A DNA stretch of 64,000 bases from Marinicella sp. (GCA_965230295.1 OZ246001.1:832001-896000); one strand, 5' to 3'. Positions 39,601 to 50,576 are shown, counted from the first letter of the stretch. Made by a program: numbers and translations. Notes: generated by a model not told the origin, from the letters alone.

Positions 39601-40470
39601 GTGCGTTTCAACCTTAATCAGCACATCAATTTCTTGAGGGTCCGCATGGTATTGGTGATTGTGATCAGTGGTCATTCGAAGGCCTTTACCACCCGAAAAA
39701 ACCGCAGCATTGTCTTTGTAGGCTGACAATGCAGGAATGGAAGCTTTCGCTTCGGTATTCTTGATCATCTTGAACAGTGACTTGTCCTGCTGTTCACCGT
39801 CAATCCGCCAATCTGCATTGAATATCTTGTGTCTACAGTGCTCTGAATTGGCTTGGGCAAACATCATCAATTCAACATCAGTGGGCAATTTATCAGCCGC
39901 AGTGTATTGCTCATAAAGATATTCGATTTCGTCATCTGACAAAGCCAAGCCCAAAGATCTATTTAATTTCTCCAATGCTGATTTACCTTCAGTTTGGATA
40001 TCAACATAAGTCACGGCATTGGGTTTGTGGTGGTCGAACAAAGATTGCAATGAATTTAAGGTTGGGTAAAAACCTTCAGTCATGCGATCATGAATCATGG
40101 CATTGCCTTTTTCACAGGCTGTATTCACAGTAACCAACCTGCCAGCCTCGACGCGTGTTAATGAATCCAAACCACAATGCTGACAAATGTCCGATGCCTT
40201 GGTTGACCACGGAGAAATGGTGCCTGGTCTTGGCATAACCAATAGCTGATTGTCTGACAAATCTTCCCGGTAATGCTTTGCTGACAACAATTGCTCTAAT
40301 TGTTGGATTTGCTGCGGTGGCAAATCACCATTGATTTCAACCACATAAAAGTAAGCGGCTGACAACACTCGCTGATCGCTGTTGGCTTTAAACAATTCCT
40401 GATTGATTTTTTTGAGCCTGAATGGCGAATAAACTTGGGTTCCAACGAAGGTGAGAAGTTGAAAGGTCAT
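36625..40470 (-). CDS. purL: Phosphoribosylformylglycinamidine synthase (large type)
   Basis: [36 protein letters not shown]. Confidence 0.98.
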   Translation of the reverse strand: MTFQLLTFVGTQVYSPFRLKKINQELFKANSDQRVLSAAYFYVVEINGDLPPQQIQQLEQLLSAKHYREDLSDNQLLVMPRPGTISPWSTKASDICQHCGLDSLTRVEAGRLVTVNTACEKGNAMIHDRMTEGFYPTLNSLQSLFDHHKPNAVTYVDIQTEGKSALEKLNRSLGLALSDDEIEYLYEQYTAADKLPTDVELMMFAQANSEHCRHKIFNADWRIDGEQQDKSLFKMIKNTEAKASIPALSAYKDNAAVFSGGKGLRMTTDHNHQYHADPQEIDVLIKVETHNHPTGIEPFAGAATGSGGEIRDEAATGQGARPKAGLCGFSVSHLHIPEYQQNWESNSPGTPTRMATAFEIMQKGPIGAAAFNNEFGRPNICGYFRNFEITCDEPNAWRGYHKPIMLAGGLGNINHIHTRKQDTQAGDFVIVLGGPAMLIGLGGGAASSISSADGQEELDFASVQRGNPEMQRRCQEVIDRCWYKQAESPIRSIHDVGAGGLSNAIPEILDDAALGGEIELRKLQIDHVSMSPMEIWCNESQERYVLSIKPEKLSEFEAICKRERCPYAVMGQATAEQTLRVNDAHFQNSPVDIPMDLLFGNTPKTAIDIKSTAPKTHAFTPTGLNLRQQVEQVLSFPAVASKKYLITIGDRTVSGLIHRDQMVGPWQVPVADCGITLRDYESLAGEAMAVGERTPLALLNPAASARMAVSEAITNLIGVGIDRLGDIKISANWMAASSAPGEFQALHEAVHAVGMELCPDLDIGIPVGKDSMSMQTHWRDGSEQKSVTAPMSLIISAFAPVQDVTKHKTPQLSGTVGNELWLIDLSAGKNRLGGSVLYQTQGQMGQHSPDLDDPGQLAQLFELMHKALANGWVEACHDRSDGGLVTTVAEMSFAGHCGVHLDVSGLSDDTTACLFAEEPGLVIEVKPENKAALDQLMNTYGLDAITHPIGIITDQDSFQITHVDGGCEWARSELESIWSATSYQMAKNRDNPAVADQEYELVKADNPGINPQVNFDYQNNLISQFKNDPKPKLAVLREQGVNGQNEMAAAFMRAGFDCVDVHMQDLIDQQVNLMDFNGLVACGGFSYGDVLGAGLGWAKTILFNATLRAQFTEFFADEKKFALGVCNGCQMLSGLRSIIPETSHWPDFLRNESEQFEARFSQLKINDSNNMFFKGMSGAHIPVAIAHGEGRAHFAAHGADHSQMAAQYIDNDGNPTMTYPFNPNGSDQSLAAVSGAGGRVLAMMPHPERVFRTAQMSFAPTDWGENSPWMRMFYNARLFVG

Positions 40471-40556
40471 GATGGCGGCAGTTAAAAAAACGTGTATTTT
40501 ACATGATGAAGCCTTGTCATAGCTTCACAGCATAATAAAAAAACAAGATTAAACCC

Positions 40557-40599
40557 AAAAAGCCGATAACGTGGTCATCACAACCCCATCATCGGCTTT
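40557..40599 (-). terminator. Probable terminator after dsbC
   Basis: AAAGCCGAT...ATCGGCTTT inverted repeat with a T run on the minus strand. Confidence 0.5.
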
Positions 40600-40619
40600 G
40601 TATTCAGTGAATGATTAGA

Positions 40620-41348
40620 TTATTTGCTGTTTGCAGCATCCAATCTTTGTTTTAACTGTTGTGGTGGTAGATAACCTGGCATCATCGTGCCATTATCCAA
40701 GACCATAGCAGGGGTACCAGATACGCCAGCAGACAGTCCGGCTTTGTAATGATCTGAAATCGGGTTATCACATTGTTTGGCTGCAACCGCTTCACCGGCT
40801 TTAGCCTTGGTCATGGCTTGTTGCTGATCTGCTGCACACCAGACATTCACCGCTTTATTGAATGACCCCGATTGTAAACCCGCTCTGGGGAAAAACAAAT
40901 ATGAGATACCAATACCTAACTCATTGTATTGTTCGATTTCTGCATGAAGCTTACGACAGTAACCACAATCAATATCGGTAAAAACAGTGATCTTATGTTC
41001 CATTTTTTCAGGGTAAAAATTAATTCTCTGAGAATCACCCATCTTGCCCATCAAACCCTTGCGAATGACCGATTTTTTTTGATCGGTTAAATCAACACGA
41101 TTTTCAATGTCGAACAATGTGCCATTGACAATGTATTTGCCATCTTCACTGATGTATAGAATTTCACTGCCACGACCTGCATCAACCATAACTTCTTTGA
41201 TGCCGTTAATGGGTGTATCTTCAACTGATACAACTTTGACAGTAGAGGCAGTCACCTTGCTCAGAGCGAGTTGATATTTCTTGATTTCCTCATCGGCAAC
41301 TACAGTGGTGGCCATAACAAGTATGGCTAATGTGGTAATAATTTTCAT
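40620..41348 (-). CDS. dsbC: Disulfide isomerase DsbC
   Basis: FTDIDCGYCRKLH, FPRAG, GTPA; follows xerD. Confidence 0.95.
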   Translation of the reverse strand: MKIITTLAILVMATTVVADEEIKKYQLALSKVTASTVKVVSVEDTPINGIKEVMVDAGRGSEILYISEDGKYIVNGTLFDIENRVDLTDQKKSVIRKGLMGKMGDSQRINFYPEKMEHKITVFTDIDCGYCRKLHAEIEQYNELGIGISYLFFPRAGLQSGSFNKAVNVWCAADQQQAMTKAKAGEAVAAKQCDNPISDHYKAGLSAGVSGTPAMVLDNGTMMPGYLPPQQLKQRLDAANSK

Positions 41349-41480
41349 TTTTTTTCCTTCATAATTTGTCTGTTAAGACAGCTAAAGAACATGTTTGTTC
41401 TAAAAAGATAGCCCATTCTATCTAAACACTGTGAAAAATCCATCCATATTTGAGATTTTATGGCTGCTGATAAATTAATA

Positions 41481-42374
41481 TCATCCTCTGGGGTGATGTT
41501 CTGTGTGAATCTGCTTCAGTTTTTCCTTGGCTACCAGGGTATATATTTGTGTGGTGGATAAGTCACTGTGACCTAACAGCATCTGAACAACCCGTAGATC
41601 TGCCGAATGATTCAGTAAATGTGTGGCAAATGAATGCCGCAAAACATGAGGTGATGGCGTAGGAACTATGCCTGCATCTTGAGCATGTTTTCTAATTCGA
41701 TACCAAAAAGCTTGGCGGCTCATTTTTGACCCCTTTTGGTTGATGAACATATGCCCTGCATGTTGTTGTATTATTTTTGCATGGTGCTGTAAATACACAT
41801 TCAACCAATCCATACAATCTTCACCAAACGGTATCAGCCTCTCCTTACCTCCTTTGCCCAAAACACGAACCACGCCTTGATTCAGATTCAACTGATTGAC
41901 ATTTAAACCTACCAATTCTGATACCCGCATCCCTGTGGCATACATCAGTTCTAACATGGTTTTATCTCTCAAACCCAAGGGTGTATCAACGTTGGGTTGC
42001 TGTAAAAGCTTATCCACCTGATTTTCGGTCAACGGTTTTGGAATGGATTGAGGCAACTTAGGAAGCATAACTGCAGCAAAGGGATTTTCCTTCACTTGAT
42101 GTGTGCGCTGTAAATACAGATAAAACTGTCGCAATGAAGATATTTTTCTTGCTACAGATTTGGCTTTAAGTTGTTGCTGATTGAGGTGCTTGATGTAATC
42201 ATGAGACACTTGACTACTTACCTGGATAAAATCAAAGTTATTGATTTTCAAGTGTTCAGCGAATTGCTTTATATCTGTTTGGTAACTAGAGATGGAATGA
42301 CTGGAAAATCCTTTTTCCAGTTTTAAATGCGTTAAAAATTGATCCAGGATGGCGTCAATTTCATTGAACAGCAT
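41481..42374 (-). CDS. xerD: Site-specific tyrosine recombinase XerD
   Basis: YATGMRVSEL, GKGGKER, PHVLRHSFATHLLNH, LGHSDLSTTQIYT, HHPRG; upstream of dsbC. Confidence 0.95.
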   Translation of the reverse strand: MLFNEIDAILDQFLTHLKLEKGFSSHSISSYQTDIKQFAEHLKINNFDFIQVSSQVSHDYIKHLNQQQLKAKSVARKISSLRQFYLYLQRTHQVKENPFAAVMLPKLPQSIPKPLTENQVDKLLQQPNVDTPLGLRDKTMLELMYATGMRVSELVGLNVNQLNLNQGVVRVLGKGGKERLIPFGEDCMDWLNVYLQHHAKIIQQHAGHMFINQKGSKMSRQAFWYRIRKHAQDAGIVPTPSPHVLRHSFATHLLNHSADLRVVQMLLGHSDLSTTQIYTLVAKEKLKQIHTEHHPRG

Positions 42375-43639
42375 CAGCTGCTACTACTACTTTCTCGCTG
42401 TGCTTTTTCTTCCAGAGTGGTTAAATGTGAAAGCCATTGTTGTGCATTGCTTCTGGCTTTTTCATATTTAACTGCGTTGTTGAAAGCTGTTCTGGCACGT
42501 GCATAATTTTTCAAGCTGGCTTGACTCATACCCAACATCAACCAGGCATTACCAGTTTTGTTGTTGTCCAATCCGCCCTTTTGCAGAGCAGATGTGATCG
42601 ACTCAACAGCCTTGGACCAATTCTCCATATCCAAATATAGATACGATCTGGTCAAATCCATGTCACCATCGGTAGCAAATTCGCTGGCTTTGTCATATGC
42701 ACTGAGTGCTTTTTCTAACTCTCTGGCTTCATACCAAACAGCTCCAGCTTGCTTCCAGTTTTTAAAATTGGATTCTACTTTACCTCCATCCAAAGAAGCT
42801 TGAAGTGATTCAGCGGCTTTATAAGGAATGTCGTTATAAGAGTACATTTTAAACAACTGCATATAATCACTTTCTTTTTCTAACAGGTTTTTTCTGTTTG
42901 CCAGTTCAAGCACGGCCAGTGATTTTTCATCTTCTTTCAGTGTGAAGTAAACAGAAGACAATTGCATCCAATAAGTCTTCTTATTGGGTGCTATGGTGAT
43001 TAAAGTCTGCAACACATCAGACATTTCACGGTACTCTGACAGTGAAGAATGGAATGCCAACAACAATTGATACCATGATTCTTTGGGCTTGTCTGCCAGT
43101 TGAATGGCTTGTTTGATGGCATCTTTGCCCTGCCTAAATTCTTCAAGCTGCGCATGGGCATTGGCCTTGACGGCAAAAGCCGTATCAGGTATTTCATCAA
43201 CCACTGCAAAATACTCATCCATGGCTTTCAGTCCACCACGATGATCCTCACCCAACATCAGTAACTGAGCCCTTTGCAACATCATTTGAAAATGTGTGGT
43301 GTTAGGCATGGAATTGATGTCAATGGACTTTTTAAAGTTCACCGCTGAAGATGCGTAGTTTCCTTGTAATGAATCAATGTGACCCAACAATTGGTATATG
43401 ACCGCTTGGACATAGCCATTGACACCCGATTTTTGAAGCATGGCAGTTAAACCGGATTTGGACTCAGCATATTTTTCATCAGCCAACATTTCACTGTAAC
43501 GTGTGATCTTCTTTTGCTGTGCTTCAGTCATAACACCGACTTGACCAGCAGGTTTTCTGATGGGGTTATCAGTTTTTAATGATCCTGCACTTACAACAAA
43601 TGTGGTCAAACAGAAAAGTAAAGCGATTAATTTTTTCAT
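42374..43639 (-). CDS. Periplasmic TPR protein of a TonB2-type system (TtpD-like)
   Basis: Signal peptide, multiple TPR helices, YWMQLSSVY, IPYKAA; last gene of the TonB operon. Confidence 0.82.
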   Translation of the reverse strand: MKKLIALLFCLTTFVVSAGSLKTDNPIRKPAGQVGVMTEAQQKKITRYSEMLADEKYAESKSGLTAMLQKSGVNGYVQAVIYQLLGHIDSLQGNYASSAVNFKKSIDINSMPNTTHFQMMLQRAQLLMLGEDHRGGLKAMDEYFAVVDEIPDTAFAVKANAHAQLEEFRQGKDAIKQAIQLADKPKESWYQLLLAFHSSLSEYREMSDVLQTLITIAPNKKTYWMQLSSVYFTLKEDEKSLAVLELANRKNLLEKESDYMQLFKMYSYNDIPYKAAESLQASLDGGKVESNFKNWKQAGAVWYEARELEKALSAYDKASEFATDGDMDLTRSYLYLDMENWSKAVESITSALQKGGLDNNKTGNAWLMLGMSQASLKNYARARTAFNNAVKYEKARSNAQQWLSHLTTLEEKAQRESSSSS

Positions 43640-43654
43640 GTTAATTGTCCTCTG

Positions 43655-44287
43655 TTAGTCATCCGGCAAATCAAACTCAATGGTTTGTGTAGCCACTTGT
43701 TCAACACCTTGGCCATTCACAACTTTTGGCTTGAATTTAAATTTCAATATGGCGCGTATGGCTTCACGATCAAAAATCCTGCGTGGCTTGGCATCAACCA
43801 CTTCAGGGTTAGATACTGTTCCTGTAGCGGTAATGGTGAACTTAACTTTCACCCAACCTTCAATTTTTGCCATCAATGCTTTTCGTGGATATTGCGGCGC
43901 AATACGAACGATGGGTATAACACCACCTTCTTCACTCATGTTAACCTGGCCAACAGCACCCAAGAATGGGCCGTCTCCACCCACACCCAAATCTAAATTA
44001 GGGATGTTAGGCGTAGGCATGTTGTTCACCACTTGTTGATTTTGTTGAACATTCATTTTTGGTGGTGGTGGTGGCTCTTTAGGAGGTGGCGGTTTCTTTG
44101 GAATTCTTCTTGAACGTTGACGCACCTCTTCATCCAATTTCACTTTGGTGAAATCGATGGCTGGTAAATCGTCATCACCTCTGGCATTGTCTGCAGCCTG
44201 ACTCACCAAAGTGTGCATCACAAGATACAACACAACGGTGATTGCTGCTGCAATAAACGCCACCAAAATATAACGTGGTAAACTCAT
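43655..44287 (-). CDS. tonB: Energy transducer TonB
   Basis: N-terminal TM, KKPPPPKEPPPPP, PQYPRKA...EGWVKVKF. Confidence 0.93.
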   Translation of the reverse strand: MSLPRYILVAFIAAAITVVLYLVMHTLVSQAADNARGDDDLPAIDFTKVKLDEEVRQRSRRIPKKPPPPKEPPPPPKMNVQQNQQVVNNMPTPNIPNLDLGVGGDGPFLGAVGQVNMSEEGGVIPIVRIAPQYPRKALMAKIEGWVKVKFTITATGTVSNPEVVDAKPRRIFDREAIRAILKFKFKPKVVNGQGVEQVATQTIEFDLPDD

Positions 44288-44293
44288 ATACTT

Positions 44294-44698
44294 TTACCCC
44301 TGACCTTTTTCAGCAGCGATTGAAATGCTGGCAACTCCTGCTGATTTAATTTGGTCCATAACTTCTACCAAATCACCAGTTCTAGAACCTCTGTCTGCAA
44401 TAATAACAGCGCTGGCTTCAGGGTTTTCAGCATGCATTTTCTCAACACGAGACCGCACTGCTCTTAAGTCAACTTCTTGTTTGTTAATCCAAATGACCCC
44501 ATCTTCTTTGATGGCAACCAATATATTTCCTTTCTTCACTTGTTTGGCTTGTGAACTACTGGGTCGAGAAATATCAACGCCTGTTTCTTTGACAAATGAA
44601 GTGGTCACAATGAAAAAAATCAACATGATAAATACCACGTCCAACATGGGCGTGATGTTGATTTCTGCTTCGTCTTCATGAAAGTGTCTTTTTTTCAT
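44294..44698 (-). CDS. exbD: Biopolymer transporter ExbD
   Basis: INITPMLDVVFIMLIFFIVTTSF. Confidence 0.95.
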   Translation of the reverse strand: MKKRHFHEDEAEINITPMLDVVFIMLIFFIVTTSFVKETGVDISRPSSSQAKQVKKGNILVAIKEDGVIWINKQEVDLRAVRSRVEKMHAENPEASAVIIADRGSRTGDLVEVMDQIKSAGVASISIAAEKGQG

Positions 44699-44755
44699 AT
44701 TTTTTCTCTGGTTCTTTGCTTCTGACTCTATAGATTACTATTTAGTTCAAAATCT

Positions 44756-45280
44756 TTAATGTGATTGCATGCGGTCTTCTAATTTCTCAGCTTCAACAAT
44801 GGCTTTGTGCTTGAAAAATGTAGTGAAGAATACACCCGAGAGTGCGGCCACCATGCCGGCCATGGTTGGGATGGTTGCTTTGGAAACACCTCCAGCCATT
44901 GCCCTGGCATTACTGGTACCAGCAATCGCCATGATGTCAAACACCTGAAGCATGCCATAGACCGTACCGAACAATCCAAACAAGGGACTGATGGCTACCA
45001 AGGCCTCTAAAAATCCCAGACCGGATCGCAATTCAATCGATGCTTCTGAAACTTTGGCTTCTTTGATTCTTTTGGCATACCAAGTGGTGGTATCGTCTCT
45101 GTTATCCCAATCAGAAATGATTTTATTCCTTAATTTGGGATAGGTCACAAAGTAATACCAACTACGCTCAAGAATCATCAACCACATGACAAACAGTAAG
45201 ATCATGATGGCCCAGAGTACTGGGCCACCCATCTCGACAAAAGCTAAAATGTCATACCATCGCTCTTTGAGCCAATACAT
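44756..45280 (-). CDS. exbB: ExbB proton channel
   Basis: SPLFGLFGTVYGM, MAGGVSKATIPTMAG. Confidence 0.92.
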   Translation of the reverse strand: MYWLKERWYDILAFVEMGGPVLWAIMILLFVMWLMILERSWYYFVTYPKLRNKIISDWDNRDDTTTWYAKRIKEAKVSEASIELRSGLGFLEALVAISPLFGLFGTVYGMLQVFDIMAIAGTSNARAMAGGVSKATIPTMAGMVAALSGVFFTTFFKHKAIVEAEKLEDRMQSH

Positions 45281-45282
45281 TC

Positions 45283-46647
45283 TTATTGCTCCGCCATCTT
45301 GGCTACGATACCAGCACTCTGCTCTTCAAGCACTTGAGTCTGTTTCCTGGCCATTGATTGCAATACTGAATGAAGTACTGTCAAAGGAATGGCAACAACC
45401 AAACCAAGAACAGTGGTTACCAGTGCCATCGAAATACCACCAGCCATAGATTTAGGATCACCCGTACCCATCAGCGTAATCATTTGGAACGTTTGAATCA
45501 TACCAACAACCGTACCTAAAAGACCCATCAATGGAGCGATGACATACAACACTTTGATGAAAGACAGTCCTGATTCCAATGGTCCAGTTTCTCTGAGGAT
45601 CGCTTCATCGAGCTTAAGCTCCATGGTTTCAATATCAGAGTCAGGATTCTCAGTGTATACAGACATGATGCGTCCCAACGCATTGTTTTGGTTAGGTTGT
45701 TTTTTCTTCAATTGTGCTTTCATTTTTCCGCCGGATGAAAATAGCATGAAGAACTTAATCACGGCAATGATCAATCCAAAAGCGCCTAAAGCCAAAATAA
45801 CATAACCCACTGGGCCACCTTGTTTGATTTTATCTTGAATACTCGGTGTTTGTACCACCAGTTGTAGAATGGTGCCACGGGTATAGTCAACTGGCACTTG
45901 AGCCAATTCACCTTGTGATGTTCCGACAAAACTCTTGGCCATGCTGGCATATTGTGCAGCAGGCTGCTTTTGTAGTCTTTGTAACTCACCACGGCCGGTT
46001 CCAGTACCGGCATCGGCTGCTGATTTCCAAACCAAGAAGTTACCATTTGAATCGAAAGCGTTGAAAGTACCTACTCGGGTGACAGAAACATTGTCTTCGA
46101 CCTCACCCCTTTCATCACGGATGCTGGTGGTGAATCTTGAAATTTTACCTTCTTCAATGATTTCTCTTTGTATTTCAACCCAAAGTTGGCGTAATTCTTG
46201 GATGTTAGGCAATTTGGTTTGAGACGCCAGCTGAGTTAAAAACTCAACACGGCCATCTATTTCTGCAGAAGTCATTGACTCTTCAAGTGCACTTCTCAAA
46301 TCACCCGCCAAAACTTTAACTGTTCCAGCCATTTCACCTAAATTACCAGCCCTTTCTGCCAGGGTGGTTTCCAGGTCAGCCAGAGTCAACTCATTTTCAT
46401 CGAAAGCAGTTTTCAGCTCTTCGGTTCTGCGCTCTAATGCTGCCAATTGGGCCCTTGCTTCGGACAACAGTCGGCTTTGTTGATCACGTTGTCGTTTAAA
46501 GTCAGCTTCCCGTTGTTGATTGGCTTGTGAACTTTCAGTGGCTGCTCGTTGTACAACTTTAAGCAGTTGATCCAATGACATGTCTTGTGCTTGGGTGTAA
46601 GTGGACATCAAGCCAAGGGTCAATAATGTAATGATGTATTTTTTCAT
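45283..46647 (-). CDS. Large MotA/TolQ/ExbB protein with periplasmic N-terminal domain (TtpC-like)
   Basis: Signal peptide, long coiled coil, C-terminal APLMGLLGTVVGMI...MAGGISMALVTT. Confidence 0.88.
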   Translation of the reverse strand: MKKYIITLLTLGLMSTYTQAQDMSLDQLLKVVQRAATESSQANQQREADFKRQRDQQSRLLSEARAQLAALERRTEELKTAFDENELTLADLETTLAERAGNLGEMAGTVKVLAGDLRSALEESMTSAEIDGRVEFLTQLASQTKLPNIQELRQLWVEIQREIIEEGKISRFTTSIRDERGEVEDNVSVTRVGTFNAFDSNGNFLVWKSAADAGTGTGRGELQRLQKQPAAQYASMAKSFVGTSQGELAQVPVDYTRGTILQLVVQTPSIQDKIKQGGPVGYVILALGAFGLIIAVIKFFMLFSSGGKMKAQLKKKQPNQNNALGRIMSVYTENPDSDIETMELKLDEAILRETGPLESGLSFIKVLYVIAPLMGLLGTVVGMIQTFQMITLMGTGDPKSMAGGISMALVTTVLGLVVAIPLTVLHSVLQSMARKQTQVLEEQSAGIVAKMAEQ

Positions 46648-46650
46648 GTC

Positions 46651-47427
46651 TTATTCTCCGCCTGAAACTTGAAACAAAATAGGTAATCCAACTAAGTTGG
46701 GCGCTGCTTGTTTGGCAGCAATTCTGATGCCATCTTTGATGGCGGAGTTGTAACGATCAGGCAACTCTTCAAATCGTCTGGTTTGGGTGTTATACCAACC
46801 TGATTTTTTCTCATCAAGTGTTTGGTACAACAATGCCGTACGACCAATTTGTAAAAAGTTAACGTTCACACCACCATCGATATTCGCTTGATATGTAGAT
46901 ACCGAACGACCATAATCCAGTTCGATTTGATAGGCTTCAGTTACTTTTCTGTATTTCTCAGAAGTCGTTACATTAGAAGCATTCAACATATTTTCCAATT
47001 GAGTCACACGATTAAGCCTTTCATTTATTCTGAATGGCACATCTGCTTCAACAATTTTTCTCAACATATCAACCATCTCGATAACCATAGGTACTACAGC
47101 TCTGTTGGTTGATTCCAATTCAGTCATTTGAGCATTCATAGACTGAATTTGTGAATTCTGATCATTAACCACAGCCTCTAGCTGTTGGTTATAAACGGTC
47201 AAACTTTCAATCTCAGAGAGAACGGTCCGGTATTGAACCAATAATTCTTCGGTTTGATCGCTGAGGCGATCAATGTTTTTTTGTGAATTTTCTGCTGCAT
47301 TGTTGGTGTTTGTCACCACTTGAACAGCCGTTTGTAACTGGGCAAAACCTGCCATCGAAGTTACCATTAAAGCCAAAACCACCAAACCTTTGGTGAAACT
47401 GACTTTAGAAATTTGAGATATCAACAT
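46651..47427 (-). CDS. DUF3450 family coiled-coil protein (TtpB-like)
   Basis: DVPF...ER, SEKYRKVTEAYQIELDYG, LQIGRTALLYQT; first gene of the TonB2-type operon. Confidence 0.85.
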   Translation of the reverse strand: MLISQISKVSFTKGLVVLALMVTSMAGFAQLQTAVQVVTNTNNAAENSQKNIDRLSDQTEELLVQYRTVLSEIESLTVYNQQLEAVVNDQNSQIQSMNAQMTELESTNRAVVPMVIEMVDMLRKIVEADVPFRINERLNRVTQLENMLNASNVTTSEKYRKVTEAYQIELDYGRSVSTYQANIDGGVNVNFLQIGRTALLYQTLDEKKSGWYNTQTRRFEELPDRYNSAIKDGIRIAAKQAAPNLVGLPILFQVSGGE

Positions 47428-47669
47428 ACCTTCCCTTCCAATAAATTGTGTTTAAGAAAACGTGTGAACCAAACCATTATGACTAAAATTACGCACATAA
47501 TTCAGTCTAAAAAGAGTCCCCACTCGACTTAGTGGTGAACAAGAATAACTGCCTTTTTTAAAAATTTAAAGTAATAATTACATAAATTTAAGATTTTTTT
47601 TGTTACCAATCAACAGCTAAATTCTTTAAAATCCATGCACCTCAATGCTTTAGGGATCAAATAGTAAAA

Positions 47670-48077
47670 ATGAAAAAAAGTAAACTTTGGAAACATGTGG
47701 CTGCCCTGATCTACGACATATTTCCTATTTTGGGCATTTTTCTCATTACGTCACTTTTCTTGGTTTTAATTCGGCACGGGGAGGAAGTCCAGCCAAGAAC
47801 CCTTTGGTTACAACTCTTATTATTCTCAGAAGTGTTTTTATATTTCACATATTCTTGGAAAAAAGGTGGCCAAACCCTGGGCATGCGAGCCTGGAAAATT
47901 GGCATTGAAGATTACCCCAATTTGACATGGCCTCAAGTCTCAACGCGTTTCTTCGTAGGCTTGGCATCAACAGTTCTATTGGGTGCCGGCCTTTGGATCA
48001 GGTCTCTGAATACCCGTGAAATGACATGGATGGACATGGCATGCCAACGCAAAGTCTTCAGCTTATCTGACGAATGA
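47670..48077 (+). CDS. RDD family membrane protein
   Basis: AALIYD...GGQTLGMRAWKI...TWMD. Confidence 0.88.
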   Translation: MKKSKLWKHVAALIYDIFPILGIFLITSLFLVLIRHGEEVQPRTLWLQLLLFSEVFLYFTYSWKKGGQTLGMRAWKIGIEDYPNLTWPQVSTRFFVGLASTVLLGAGLWIRSLNTREMTWMDMACQRKVFSLSDE

Positions 48078-48091
48078 GACCAAAAACCTGA

Positions 48092-49174
48092 CTAACGGCG
48101 TAATTTGCCAGACAACATCAACAACAAGATACTGAACAACAACAATGATGGAATCACTGTAATCAAAATTGGATTGACATGATAGACCTCACCAAAATTC
48201 AGCAGTGTTTTGTTGATCAAGTAAACCACAATGCCAATCACAATACCGGTCACCAAACGTTGGGCAAAACCACCAGACCTGACTTGACCAAATAAAACCA
48301 TGATGCCACACAAGGCCGTGGTCATCACCAGCAACGGAAAAGCCAGCTTCGACCACCTGGCAATTTGATAAGAAGATTGCAGCGAACCTGTTCTGGCATT
48401 GAACTGTTCAAACTTTTTGATGTCTCTGATACTTAAGTACTTTGGCCTTGTGGTACTGATGTTAAGAATTTCAGGTTTGATTCTGGAAGCCCATTGCAGC
48501 TGTTCCAATTCTTTGGTGGCTACCCCCTGCTCATTGAAAACCGAAACTTTCAAACCACTTAAAGTCCATTGTTGATCAGCAAATACCGCCGATGCAGCCT
48601 CAGAAACCTGAACCAGTTTCTTATCTTGCAATTCAAATACGGTCACATCTACCAACTCGTAAGACCCGGCCGGTTGGGTCTTCCTCATTTGATTGGTTCT
48701 GAAAATCACATCACCATCACGTAACCAGATGGCATTGGAAGCTGAAGTGGCTTTACCTTGTGATATTTGTTCATTGCGAAACTGTTGGGCCATTTGATCG
48801 CCAGCTGGGCTGATGTACTCTCCCATCAACACAACCAACACCAACCAACTGCTCACACTGAATAAAATAATCAATGCTATTTTCAACTTACTGACACCAG
48901 AGGTCATCATGACCACCAGTTCCGAACCATTGGCCAATGCTCCCAATGAGACCACCACTGCCACCACAACACTGACCGGAAACAACTCATAAATTTTACT
49001 GGGAATGGTCAACATCACAAAGAAAAAAACATCGCCCAATGTATAAACGCTGGTGATGTCATTCAACTCTTTGATTAAGTTGAACAACACATCAATGGCC
49101 AACAACAGCATCACAGCCATCAGCAAACCCATTGAAAAGGTTTTGAATATGTACCTGGTTAATATGGACATCAT
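48092..49174 (-). CDS. lptG: LPS export ABC permease LptG
   Basis: LGALANGSELVVM, WLRDG; downstream of lptF. Confidence 0.92.
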   Translation of the reverse strand: MMSILTRYIFKTFSMGLLMAVMLLLAIDVLFNLIKELNDITSVYTLGDVFFFVMLTIPSKIYELFPVSVVVAVVVSLGALANGSELVVMMTSGVSKLKIALIILFSVSSWLVLVVLMGEYISPAGDQMAQQFRNEQISQGKATSASNAIWLRDGDVIFRTNQMRKTQPAGSYELVDVTVFELQDKKLVQVSEAASAVFADQQWTLSGLKVSVFNEQGVATKELEQLQWASRIKPEILNISTTRPKYLSIRDIKKFEQFNARTGSLQSSYQIARWSKLAFPLLVMTTALCGIMVLFGQVRSGGFAQRLVTGIVIGIVVYLINKTLLNFGEVYHVNPILITVIPSLLLFSILLLMLSGKLRR

Positions 49175-50259
49175 GCATTCACCCCGGTGACACCGGCAGC
49201 CATTTTAGGTCCGTCTATTTTCTGTAATCGCCAAATCCCATACCCGGCCAACAACAAATATACCCACCATAAGCCCAAATTGATTGGCAGTTGACCTTGC
49301 TCTAATAATGAATGTCCAATGGTTAATAAGTTGACCATAAATGTATAGGCTAAAATCCCAACCACCAAATTGATGAATTTGGCTTCTCGATGAGAAGTTT
49401 TTGCCAAAGCGATGGCTAAAATAAACAGCGCCAACATGGAAAAAGCCGGACTTAAACGCCAGTGAAATTGCGCTTGATCTTTTAAATCATCAGATTGCAT
49501 CAACTCCAAAGTAGGCTTAGACTTCTCATCCAAATCTGCAATCTGCTGATCCAAATCAGGCAACTTGATGTCATTCCGATCAAACTTCATCATTTGATAA
49601 GCATTGGTGCCAGGCTTGCCTTCATTTCGATAACCGTTAAATAAGGCCACATATTTTTGTTCATTTTCTTCAAATTGGTAGCCGTATTCTGCCGTCACTG
49701 TATCAATCCTGTCCGGATGATAAATGTTGGCAAAAATATTTTCTACCCGCTGTGTTTCGGCATCTATTTTTTCTACAAAAATCACCCCTTCATCGGAAAA
49801 AAACTTTTGAAACTTACCTTCAGTCAGGCCCATTAAGGAAATGTTTTCATTGGCTTGGGTGGTTAATTCTTTAGAAAGCCTGGCTGCCTGAGGCGATACC
49901 ACCATAGAAATCAACAGCATTAAGACGAACACCACCCACATCAAAGGTGCCAAAGCACGCAAGACATCCTTGCTTGACCAGCCCATGGCATGCATCATGA
50001 CGGCTTCTTGGTTGCGATAAAGCTGACTTAATGAAACCAAAACACCCAGATAGAATGACAAAGGGATCAGAATCGTCAACACATCAACGGATCGCAAACT
50101 TAATTCAATGAATAACAGCTCAGGTGGCAATATCCCTCTGGCAATCGCACGCAGGGTTGAAGTGAACAAGGTACCCACCATCAACAGAAATAACAGCAAC
50201 AAGACCACCATTGAAGTTTTGATCGTTTGTTTTCTGAGGTAGTTGGCTAAAATATTCAT
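49171..50259 (-). CDS. lptF: LPS export ABC permease LptF
   Basis: LYRNQEAVMMHAMG, AQFHWRLS, GLWWVY; divergent from pepA. Start assigned to ATG 50259. Confidence 0.92.
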   Translation of the reverse strand: MNILANYLRKQTIKTSMVVLLLLFLLMVGTLFTSTLRAIARGILPPELLFIELSLRSVDVLTILIPLSFYLGVLVSLSQLYRNQEAVMMHAMGWSSKDVLRALAPLMWVVFVLMLLISMVVSPQAARLSKELTTQANENISLMGLTEGKFQKFFSDEGVIFVEKIDAETQRVENIFANIYHPDRIDTVTAEYGYQFEENEQKYVALFNGYRNEGKPGTNAYQMMKFDRNDIKLPDLDQQIADLDEKSKPTLELMQSDDLKDQAQFHWRLSPAFSMLALFILAIALAKTSHREAKFINLVVGILAYTFMVNLLTIGHSLLEQGQLPINLGLWWVYLLLAGYGIWRLQKIDGPKMAAGVTGVNA

Positions 50260-50351
50260 TCTTTGTCCATTAAATTCTTGGCGCACATTTTAGCAGATAG
50301 ACATTAACTAATTGTTGGCTAAATTTAACAGCTGCCTACAAACCCAACATG

Positions 50352-50576
50352 GGAGAACTGTCGGACAGTTCGACCAGCGCAGGTAATGAAAGCATGGTGT
50401 TTAACCTGAAAGGTAATAAGCCTTACTTAAATACCGTAGCTCGTCCGAAGTAGTAAGCCATGTCAGCCGAGTCACCTCAGCTTTCACTTTTGTTGGAACA
50501 GACATGCAGTGCGAAGCAACTGCTCAGACAATAGTCGGTAAAGGTCGGTTTATTTGCGCAGCAAATATGAAGACCT
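50352..50576 (+). repeat. Structured intergenic repeat, copy A (48-nt core at 50352-50399)
   Basis: Core matches the reverse complement of 60474-60521 at 44/48 nt; two further collinear blocks are shared; several GNA-loop hairpins. Confidence 0.8.

Noticed and set aside
41481-42374. Tyrosine recombinase as a phage or island integrase
   Set aside because: Its motifs, HHPRG ending and linkage to dsbC identify it as chromosomal XerD.
50349-50453. 34-aa ORF MGELSDSSTSAGNESMVF... across repeat copy A
   Set aside because: No clear RBS; copy B has two non-synonymous changes out of four and an earlier stop, so nucleotide structure explains the conservation better.
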